From: a virus
IMG/VR virus record: IMGVR_UViG_3300014835_000015
Coordinates: 4,477 to 68,476 of that record
Length of the DNA: 64,000 nucleotides
Direction: 5' to 3' (one strand)
Of the stretch, positions 56,424 to 64,000 are shown in pieces (positions within the stretch are counted from its first letter, which is position 1; every line of letters begins with the position of its first letter). Both the position numbers and the translations under genes were made by a program. The notes beneath the pieces were generated by a model. That model did not search any database and had not been told where the DNA came from. It saw nothing but the letters and a program-made list of their open reading frames with translations.

Positions 56424-56476
56424 AACCTTTCATTGTGGCTTACGCCACTAATTTCCCAAACATAAGAGATAACAAT

Positions 56477-56803
56477 ATGTGGAATAAATTTATAGTATGG
56501 TTTTTAAAAGACAAACCATCTCATTTAGTAATACCAAGTAAACCTTATCGTAAATCAAGTGATACTACTAAACTTACACAAGGTATGTATGACTTTGTTA
56601 TTGAAATGAAAGCAGCACAAGAAGATCATAATGACTTCTATACTAACAAAGAACATGCTTATGAAACAACCGAAGAATTATGTGATTATCTAAATATGGT
56701 TTTTAACACTAACTTTGGTAGAAGTAAATTAACTCGTATCTGGACTGGCAAAGTTAATCGTAAAGATTTACCTGAAGGTATTAAATACGAAGTTCCCTTT
56801 TAA
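56477..56803 (+). CDS. Hypothetical protein
   Basis: Probable start MWNKF; DTTKLTQGMYDF. Confidence 0.55.
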   Translation: MWNKFIVWFLKDKPSHLVIPSKPYRKSSDTTKLTQGMYDFVIEMKAAQEDHNDFYTNKEHAYETTEELCDYLNMVFNTNFGRSKLTRIWTGKVNRKDLPEGIKYEVPF

Positions 56804-56815
56804 TGTAGGATAACA

Positions 56816-58966
56816 ATGATTGATCTTAAAGATAAACCTTATTTTCCTTTAGTAGAACAGATTGTAGATGCTATATGTGTACAAACACAGAATTCAGATA
56901 GACACTTCTTTAGAACAATGGTTAATTTCCATTTAGCCTTAATACCTTCAATGCTTAGAGTAAATATTAAATCTGATGATAGAGGTATAGTTCCAATTAA
57001 TGTATATGCTTTTGCATTTGCAGGGTCTGGATACTCTAAAGGACATAGTTTAGCCATTATTGAAGAACAAATATTAAATAAGTTTATGTCATTTTTCTTA
57101 GAGGATACCTTTCAAGTAATTGCAGAAAAGAATTTATTTGAATTAGCAACAAGACGTTCAATAAAGAAAGGAACTGAATTTGATGAAGAATTAAAAGAAG
57201 TAGAAAAAGAATATAGATCAGCAGGTAAGTTCTTATCTGTATATTCTGAAGGTACTGCACCAGCATTAAAGCAAATGAGAACTAAGTTATTACAAGGTAT
57301 TATTGGTTCACTAAATCTAGTAGTAGATGAGTTTGGTTCAAATATGTATTCTCTTGAAGACTTATTAGGTGTTTACCTCGAAGGTTATGATAAGGGAAGG
57401 ATGAAAGATAAGCTTATTAAGAACACTAAAGACAATACTCGTAATGAAGAAATTCAAGGATTTGTTCCTTGTAACTTATTAGCTTTTGGTACACCTGCAA
57501 GTATATTTGACGGAGGTAAAGTAGAAGAAAAATTTGATGGTTGGCAAAATGAAGGTTATGCAAGAAGAAGTTTCTTTGCATATTCTACTATTGTAAATAA
57601 AGAACATAAATTAACTGCAATTGAAGTCTTTAAATTACTAAAGAATTCTTTAGCTTGTGAAAAACTTAAAGAAATTTCAGAGTATCTTGGTACTCTTGCT
57701 GATGTAGCAAATTATAACAATACCATTTATTCTTCAGAAGAAGTAAGCATAACCATGATACAGTATAAAATGGATTGTGAAGATATTGCTTCTACTTATG
57801 GAGAACATGAAGGAGCTAAGAAAGCAGAGATGGAACATAGATATTTTAAAGCATCTAAGCTTATGGGTATGTATGCTTTTTTAGATAACTCTCATGAGAT
57901 TAAACTTAAACATCTTTATGCTGCAATAAAGTACACAGAAGATTCAGGAGAACATTTTCATAAAATGTTAGTTCGTGAAAAACCTTATGTACGTTTAGCT
58001 AAGTATCTAGCTTCTATTGATTCAGAAGTAACACAAGTTGATCTCATTGAAGCTAATGTACTTAAAGGAAGTGAATCTCAAAAAAGAGAGTTAATTACTT
58101 TAGCTACAGCTTATGGCTACAAGAACAATATTATCATTAAAACCATCTATCTTGATGGTATTCAATTCCTTAAAGGAGAATCATTAAAAGAAACCAACTT
58201 AGATAAACTTATCTTAGCTTGTTCTACTCAATTAGCAGATAACTATAACCCTGTAGTTAAGAATACTTCATGGAAAGATTTACATATTCTTACTCAAATG
58301 GATGGATATCATTGGATTAACCATCACATGATTGATAACTATAGATTAGAGAAGAATGCTATTCCTGGATTCAACATGGTTGTAATAGATGTAGATGGCG
58401 GTATTTCTCTTGCTACAGCTCAATTACTATTGAAGGAATACACTTACCTTATTTACACAACTAAACGTCATACAGACAAGGAAAATCGCTTTAGAATAGT
58501 GTTTCCTATAAGCCATGAGCTTAAATTAAATGCAGAAGACTTTACTGAATTTATGCAAAATATTTATGCTTGGCTTCCATTTAAAGTTGATGACCAGACT
58601 GCACAAAGAAGTAGAAAGTGGTTAAGCCATAAAGGAGAATATCAATACAATGAAGGTACTTTATTAGATGCACTTGGTTTCATCCCAAAGACAGCTAAAG
58701 AAAGTGAGCAAAAGAAATTCATTGCAGATACCCAATCCTTAAGTAATATGGAAAGATGGTTTACTCAAAAAGCAACTGAAGGTAATAGATCAAACCAGTT
58801 AATTAAATATGCACTTATGCTCGTTGATTCTGGTTTAAATGAAGATGTTATTCAATCCAAGGTACTTGAATTAAATAGTAAGTTACCTAACAAGTTGGAG
58901 GAAGTAGAAATTCATACAACAATTCTTAAAACAGTTTATAAGGCATTAGCCAAGAGAGATAATTAA
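56816..58966 (+). CDS. DNA primase (N4 gp43-like; P-loop N-terminus plus PriCT-like C-terminus)
   Basis: AGSGYSKGHS, VVDEFGS, GYARRSFF, VIDVDGG, YTTKRH..RFR, EGNRSNQLIKYA. Confidence 0.9.
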   Translation: MIDLKDKPYFPLVEQIVDAICVQTQNSDRHFFRTMVNFHLALIPSMLRVNIKSDDRGIVPINVYAFAFAGSGYSKGHSLAIIEEQILNKFMSFFLEDTFQVIAEKNLFELATRRSIKKGTEFDEELKEVEKEYRSAGKFLSVYSEGTAPALKQMRTKLLQGIIGSLNLVVDEFGSNMYSLEDLLGVYLEGYDKGRMKDKLIKNTKDNTRNEEIQGFVPCNLLAFGTPASIFDGGKVEEKFDGWQNEGYARRSFFAYSTIVNKEHKLTAIEVFKLLKNSLACEKLKEISEYLGTLADVANYNNTIYSSEEVSITMIQYKMDCEDIASTYGEHEGAKKAEMEHRYFKASKLMGMYAFLDNSHEIKLKHLYAAIKYTEDSGEHFHKMLVREKPYVRLAKYLASIDSEVTQVDLIEANVLKGSESQKRELITLATAYGYKNNIIIKTIYLDGIQFLKGESLKETNLDKLILACSTQLADNYNPVVKNTSWKDLHILTQMDGYHWINHHMIDNYRLEKNAIPGFNMVVIDVDGGISLATAQLLLKEYTYLIYTTKRHTDKENRFRIVFPISHELKLNAEDFTEFMQNIYAWLPFKVDDQTAQRSRKWLSHKGEYQYNEGTLLDALGFIPKTAKESEQKKFIADTQSLSNMERWFTQKATEGNRSNQLIKYALMLVDSGLNEDVIQSKVLELNSKLPNKLEEVEIHTTILKTVYKALAKRDN

Positions 58967-59169
58967 TGAAAGTAAAAGATTTACATTATCTAATATCACA
59001 AGCATTAATAAATACTCCTGAAATAGCAGAAATGAATATTAAGGTTGATGGTAATTTTGATAATACAAGGAAATTAGGGGTATTTAGAAAAGAAAAAACA
59101 GTTCTTATTTTAGAAGAAGAATCCTATCTTAAATCTAAAGGTATGGAAGTTTACTCTTATGAACTTTGA
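58966..59169 (+). CDS. Hypothetical protein
   Basis: ORF track. Confidence 0.5.
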   Translation: MKVKDLHYLISQALINTPEIAEMNIKVDGNFDNTRKLGVFRKEKTVLILEEESYLKSKGMEVYSYEL

Positions 59170-59327
59170 AATAACATATTACATTCAAGTAAAACAAACA
59201 GTTGTTGCCAATAACAAGAAAGAAGCTAAAGAAGTAATTCTTAATAACCCTTTCTTAGACATAATGGAAATAATAACCTTACCAGCAAGTATTCTTGTAG
59301 GTGAACCAAAGAAGATAAAGGAGAAAA

Positions 59328-59625
59328 ATGCAAAATAAAGTAATATTATTAAGTGGGAAGAGTTCAACTGGAAAAAGCGCAAGTTTACAGAATTTAAAGA
59401 ATCCTGAAGGTGTACTTTATCTTAATTGTGAAGCAGGAAAATCTACCCCATTCAACAACAAGTTTCAGGAAAGAGTAATTACTGATCCATTACATGTTCC
59501 AGGTTATATTGAAACTTGGGAAAAGAAAGAAGATATTCATACCATTGTAATTGATTCATTATCATTTATGATGGAACAGTATGAATCTCAGTATGTTATT
59601 CCTTCAACCAATACCATGAAAGCGT
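59328..59625 (+). CDS. AAA ATPase (N4 gp44/Sak4-like), exon 1
   Basis: SGKSSTGKS Walker A, YLNCEAGK, IVIDSLSF; splices to give NTMKA-WGNYSQFF. Confidence 0.85.
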
Positions 59626-60669
59626 TACACTAAACTTAGCGCAGCAAACAGAAATGTTTGTAAAAATAAACTAATTGAAATCAGGGGACATCCTACTATT
59701 AAGTTAAGGACAATCCTGAGTGAAGATTTTACATTAAATATATTTTTGTGTATAATATCCCCTTACAAACTAATTGAAGATATATAACATGAAAATAAGA
59801 TATGAACCAACTAAAGAAGATTTCGCAGGTAACTTTATTAAAGAAGTATTGCCTAGAAATGTGTGGGATATAAAACGTAATAACTATAGACCTATAAGAC
59901 AGGTAGAACTTCAATGTTTACATTGCTCTAGTAATTTTATTGTAGATTTAGGTAATGCAAAAAGAATTCAACAAAAAACTTGTAGTGCTTCTTGTAGTAG
60001 AAGATACACAGAACATTTTGATGGTGGAAATGAAAATCATCCACTATATCCAAGATGGTTATCTATGAAACAAAGAATTTTAAATCCAAACTGTAATAAT
60101 TTTAAAAATTATGGTGGAAGAAATCTTATTATAGATGATATTTTTTTAGAATTTATTCCTTATGCAGAATATATTATGCAATTGGAAAATTATAATTCTG
60201 AAACAGTGTCGCAGATTTCTATTGATAGAATAGATAACAATAAAGGGTATATTATTGGTAATTTAAGAATAACGAACCAAAGTGTTCAAAATGCTAACCA
60301 ACGATTTAGTGGAAAAGGTAATAATACCTATACAGGAGTTAGTTGGAGTAATTTCCATAAACGATGGGTAGCTAGTATATCTTTTAAAAAGAAAGTAGTT
60401 TTTACTAAAGTTTGTTTAACAGAGTATGAAGCCTTTATCGCAAGAAAAGAATTCATTATACAAAACAAATTACCACATACCGTCCAAGAGTGGATAATGT
60501 AAAATAACATGCAACGACTATCTCGAAAGAGAGTAGAGTCAAGTGACTCGAAGCGGTTAGTATCTAAACAGATAATGCTGTAGATAATGATATAGTCTAT
60601 TCTGAATAGTAATATTCAGCAGTTCATCAGAGAACGGGTATGAATTAACGAAGCATATCGAATATAAAG
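59626..60669 (+). mobile_element. Group I intron (IA2-like) carrying a homing endonuclease
   Basis: P1 GCGT/GCGC with U.G at the 5' splice site; P7 GACTA/TAGTC; P7.1 TCTC-GAAA-GAGA; P7.2; terminal G at 60669; removal restores the frame and a W-G motif. Confidence 0.9.
59789..60502 (+). CDS. Intron-encoded HNH-AP2 homing endonuclease
   Basis: LYPRWLSMKQR..YGGR..SIDRIDNNKGY..QNAN; AP2-like tail. Confidence 0.85.
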   Translation: MKIRYEPTKEDFAGNFIKEVLPRNVWDIKRNNYRPIRQVELQCLHCSSNFIVDLGNAKRIQQKTCSASCSRRYTEHFDGGNENHPLYPRWLSMKQRILNPNCNNFKNYGGRNLIIDDIFLEFIPYAEYIMQLENYNSETVSQISIDRIDNNKGYIIGNLRITNQSVQNANQRFSGKGNNTYTGVSWSNFHKRWVASISFKKKVVFTKVCLTEYEAFIARKEFIIQNKLPHTVQEWIM

Positions 60670-61088
60670 GGGGCAACTACAGTCAATTCTTTAAAACACT
60701 AATGCAAGACCAAGTAGCTAAGTCTACTAAGAACATCATCTTTATTACGCATACAATGGATGTAGTTAATGAAGCTGAAATGATTAATGAAACAATGGCT
60801 ACAGTTAAAGGAGCATTAAAAAACGTAGGATTAGAAGCGTTCTTCACAACAGTAATTAGTACCAAAAAACTTCCACTTACTAAACTTACCGCTTATCAAA
60901 ATCCATTATTAACTATTACAGATGACGATGAGATTCTTGGTTTTAAGTATGTATTTCAAACCAAGCTAACCAAGGATACGGTTAATGAAAGGATGCGATC
61001 ACATTTAGGTTTGTGGAATAGGGAAGAAACATTTATCAACAATGATGTTCAGCTAGTGCTGGACAGATTAAATCAATATTACAATTAA
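60670..61088 (+). CDS. AAA ATPase (N4 gp44-like), exon 2
   Basis: GNYSQFFKTLMQ..IIFITHT..VKGALKNVGLEAFF..RSHLGLW..FINND. Confidence 0.85.
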
Positions 61089-61097
61089 GGAAACAAC

Positions 61098-61802
61098 ATG
61101 GCATTAGTAGAATCAACAGGAACAACCGCAGTAGTAGAAAAAGATACATTAGGTGGTGGTAAATTTACTCTTGATAGTGGGGTATATGAAGTTACTATTA
61201 AGTCTATGTATCCAGTAAAGAACAAAGGTGGTAGTACATCTATGCAGTTAGTATTAGAAACTGCTGATAAGAAAACATTTAATCCATGTATTTACTTTAT
61301 GGATAAAGAAGGTTCTATGACTACAATCTCTAGTTGGGGAGATACTAAAGGTAAGAAAGTAGATACCATTGGTAAGCAACAATTAGATGCTATTTGTAAA
61401 ATGGCAGTAGGTAAATCTCTTGTTGAAGTATCAGCATCTGAAGAAAAGAAAACTGTTATTAAGCAGTTTACTAAAGATGAAAAGATTCAAGTTGATATGT
61501 TCATGGATGTGATTGGAGCTAAAGTAAAACTAGGTATCTTAGAAACTAAAGTGAATAAACAAGCTCAAGATTCTCAAGGTAAATACATGCCTATCAATGA
61601 AGAACGCATTGAGAACACTATCTCTAAAATCTTCTCTAATGAAGGCTTCACTAAAGAAGAGTTAGATAAGAAATTAACTACTCCTGTATTCATTGAAGCT
61701 TGGAAAGAGAAGTATGAAGGTAAACTTCAAGATAAGTTTAAAACTGTTGCTGGTGGAGCTGTAAGTGGTTCTCCTGTAGCTACTGAAAATAAATTTGAAT
61801 AA
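61098..61802 (+). CDS. ssb: Single-stranded DNA-binding protein (N4 gp45-like)
   Basis: EKDTLGGG..LDSGVY..IKSMY; synteny after gp44. Confidence 0.75.
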   Translation: MALVESTGTTAVVEKDTLGGGKFTLDSGVYEVTIKSMYPVKNKGGSTSMQLVLETADKKTFNPCIYFMDKEGSMTTISSWGDTKGKKVDTIGKQQLDAICKMAVGKSLVEVSASEEKKTVIKQFTKDEKIQVDMFMDVIGAKVKLGILETKVNKQAQDSQGKYMPINEERIENTISKIFSNEGFTKEELDKKLTTPVFIEAWKEKYEGKLQDKFKTVAGGAVSGSPVATENKFE

Positions 61803-61811
61803 GGAATTAAT

Positions 61812-61973
61812 ATGAGTGCTTCAATATCAAGCTGTACTTGTAAACATGAAGGGCAAGATGCTCTTCACGGTAAACAAGAAAGAGTAATGAACTATACATC
61901 TACTAAAGTAATAGATGGTAGTGTAGAAGTTCGTTGTACTGTATGTGGTAAAGAAAAAGTTATCAAACGATAA
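61812..61973 (+). CDS. 53-aa Cys/His-containing protein
   Basis: CTCKH..RCTVCG; AAGGA RBS. Confidence 0.55.
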   Translation: MSASISSCTCKHEGQDALHGKQERVMNYTSTKVIDGSVEVRCTVCGKEKVIKR

Positions 61974-62023
61974 GTTAGTTTACTTTTAATTTAAGAGGTC
62001 TTTATGACCTCTTAAGGAGTTTC

Positions 62024-62938
62024 ATGGAAGCAATAAATGTACTATCTTTATTTGATGGTATGTCTTGTGGAAGAATTGCTTTAGATAGAGCAAATATTCC
62101 AGTAAATACATATTTCTCATCTGAAATAGATAAGTATGCTATACAAATAGCAAACAAGAATTATCCACAAGATACACCGTTTAGATTAGGTGATGTAACA
62201 AAAATTGATTTAAGTACATTACCTAAAATAGATTTACTTATTGGAGGCAGTCCTTGTCAATCATTTAGTAGAGCAGGTAATGGTTCAGGTTTTGATGGTA
62301 AATCAAAACTATTCTGGGAATATGTAAAAACTCTTAAAGAAGTAAAACCAACATATTTCTTATTAGAAAATGTTGTAATGAAGAAAGAATGGGAAAATAT
62401 AATTACAGAAGCTTTAGGAGTTAAACCAATACTTATTAATAGTTCATTGGTTTCAGCTCAGAAGAGAGAACGATTGTATTGGACTAATATCCCTAATGTT
62501 ACCCAACCAAAAGATACAAATACTCTTTTAAAAGATATTTTAGAAGATAATGTACACCCTTCATTATTTAATCTTACTAAAGATGAGCTAGATTCTTTAG
62601 AATACTTATCCGATTGTATTAGAGTAAACCAAGCTACTAAATTAGGTTATGCTGAAGCTTATGAAGGGGATAGTATAAATCTTACAATACCTAAATCTAA
62701 GACAAGAAGAGGTAGAGTGGGTAATCAGAAATGTAATACATTATCAACATCACACAGCTATAAAGTAGTGTTACCTGGTTTAAAAATAAGAGGTTTATCT
62801 ATTACTGAATGTGAGAGATTACAAACAGTACCTGACGGATATACTACAGGAATTACTGAAACACAAAGATTAAAGATGTTAGGTAATGGTTGGACTATTG
62901 ATGTTATAGCACATATCTTAAGAGGTATTAATGTATGA
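62024..62938 (+). CDS. DNA (cytosine-5) methyltransferase
   Basis: LSLFDGMSCG (I), GGSPCQSFS (IV), LLENV (VI), AQKRERLYW (VIII), LGNGW (X). Confidence 0.92.
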   Translation: MEAINVLSLFDGMSCGRIALDRANIPVNTYFSSEIDKYAIQIANKNYPQDTPFRLGDVTKIDLSTLPKIDLLIGGSPCQSFSRAGNGSGFDGKSKLFWEYVKTLKEVKPTYFLLENVVMKKEWENIITEALGVKPILINSSLVSAQKRERLYWTNIPNVTQPKDTNTLLKDILEDNVHPSLFNLTKDELDSLEYLSDCIRVNQATKLGYAEAYEGDSINLTIPKSKTRRGRVGNQKCNTLSTSHSYKVVLPGLKIRGLSITECERLQTVPDGYTTGITETQRLKMLGNGWTIDVIAHILRGINV

Positions 62939-63314
62939 ACTAAATGTACCTCTTAGGGTAATGGTTGGCAAGAAATGGTTTCCATTGAATTTAGGAGATT
63001 ATAGAAACTCACATTACTTTACTTTAAATTCAGCAAAGAAAATCTTTGATATACAGATTCAAAACCAATTATGTTTATTACCTAAACTAACAAAGATTAA
63101 GGTACATTATGAGTTCTTTTATTCTGATAAACGTATTCATGATTTAAATAATAACATGTCGGTGGTATCTAAATTCTTTGAAGACAGCCTTGTTTTAGCA
63201 AAAGTAATACCAGATGATAATTATTTATTTATCATTGGCTCATCAAACTCATTCGGAGGAATATCAAAAGATAATCCGCGATGCCAAATAACCATAACAG
63301 AGGTAACATGGTAG
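62931..63314 (+). CDS. rusA: RusA-like Holliday junction resolvase
   Basis: DLNN..KFFEDSLV..IPDDN. Confidence 0.75.
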   Translation: MYELNVPLRVMVGKKWFPLNLGDYRNSHYFTLNSAKKIFDIQIQNQLCLLPKLTKIKVHYEFFYSDKRIHDLNNNMSVVSKFFEDSLVLAKVIPDDNYLFIIGSSNSFGGISKDNPRCQITITEVTW

Positions 63315-63484
63315 TAAAATTAGAAGATACACACTACAGTTCAGCAGAAGATAAAGCTGAGTTTATAACCCAAAGTATTCAAGAAACACTTGAAGAGTGT
63401 CTTGATGTAATACAACAGACAGAAGAAGTAATGCTAGAGTCATTAGTAAATTTCTGTTTAACAGGTAAATTTTTAGGAGAATAA
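63308..63484 (+). CDS. Acidic hypothetical protein
   Basis: GAGGT RBS supports MVVKLE. Confidence 0.45.
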   Translation: MVVKLEDTHYSSAEDKAEFITQSIQETLEECLDVIQQTEEVMLESLVNFCLTGKFLGE

Positions 63485-63485
63485 T

Positions 63486-63803
63486 ATGAAGCAAGAAGTT
63501 ACGCTTACAGAACAAGAAGTAAACCAAGCTCTTTTAGACTATGCAGCAAATCATGGTGTAAGATTTGAAGGTATGTCAGCAACAGTTGCTGTTGTAGCAG
63601 GTAGAGGTGAAAGAGGTGTATATGCAACTATTGCATTAGAACCTGAATCTTCTTTGAAATATCATAAAATTTCTGAAGAAGGTAAACTTACATCAGTAAA
63701 TACTCCAGAAGCATCTTTACCAGAATTAGAAGATGAAGGTGTACCTGTAGAAGTAGAACCAGCAGAAGACGATATTGATCCAGATACCCAAGTATTTAGT
63801 TAA
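63486..63803 (+). CDS. Conserved N4-like hypothetical protein
   Basis: VTLTEQEVNQALLDY..VAGRGERG; acidic tail; synteny. Confidence 0.6.
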   Translation: MKQEVTLTEQEVNQALLDYAANHGVRFEGMSATVAVVAGRGERGVYATIALEPESSLKYHKISEEGKLTSVNTPEASLPELEDEGVPVEVEPAEDDIDPDTQVFS

Positions 63804-63804
63804 T

Positions 63805-63969
63805 ATGAAGTTTAAAGACATTGTATTAGCTACGGTAATAGTAATCATTGGTTTCATTGTCTTAGCTTTAGGAGCAGTTATTATCCCTATCATGATAGGA
63901 ATAGGGGCAGTAATCATTATTGCATTAATGCTTGGTTCTACTGACGAAGATACAAATACCTCAGAATAA
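63805..63969 (+). CDS. Small membrane protein (position of N4 gp49)
   Basis: 54 aa, long hydrophobic stretch. Confidence 0.55.
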   Translation: MKFKDIVLATVIVIIGFIVLALGAVIIPIMIGIGAVIIIALMLGSTDEDTNTSE

Positions 63970-64000
63970 GCCATAAATTGAGCTAATGCACTTAACTGTA

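Larger units (their letters stand above)
29819..56448. repeat. Dispersed GTGG(T/C)..(A/G)CCAC stem-loop family, 10 copies
   Basis: Copies at 29819, 32839, 33461, 35962, 36993, 39742, 40584, 44649, 51043, 56435; intergenic, with compensatory stem changes. Confidence 0.8.

Noticed and set aside
63726-64000. Minus-strand ORF as the C-terminus of vRNAP
   Set aside because: It is the hydrophobic antisense of the small membrane gene; cannot be linked to vRNAP without sequence beyond the window.

Overview
AT-rich segment covering most of an N4-like (Schitoviridae) podophage genome, with two divergent blocks. The minus strand (1 to about 30.8 kb) carries late genes: the N-terminal ~1910 codons of the giant virion RNA polymerase (runs off the window start, so it is missing from the ORF track), ejection/structural proteins, major capsid, portal, a tail/receptor-binding module with a higher-GC kelch island, large terminase, a gp69-like protein, a ferritin, holins and a GH24 lysozyme. 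The plus strand (about 31.1 to 64 kb) carries early/middle genes: small promoter-ORF-terminator cassettes, DUF4326/SLOG/NADAR, two-subunit RNAP II, a RepL-like protein, class II RNR, a fragmented family A DNA polymerase, a structured ncRNA/tRNA locus, TraR-like protein, ThyX, exonuclease, primase, an AAA ATPase split by a group I intron, SSB, C5 methyltransferase and RusA. Six homing endonucleases are present. No integrase, CRISPR array or reverse transcriptase was seen. Top leads: (1) CUU-UAG-CUA inside polymerase motif B, where a ribosomal stop-hop would exactly restore O-helix spacing; (2) a 171-nt CCA-ending tRNA-like RNA inside a larger structured ncRNA unit; (3) a staphylococcal-nuclease-like domain at the N-terminus of the virion RNAP; (4) ten covarying stem-loops with G-N(1-2)-A loops on one strand; (5) a ferritin with an intact ferroxidase centre. 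Family assignments come from motif recognition by eye, with no database searches; RNA folds are manual.
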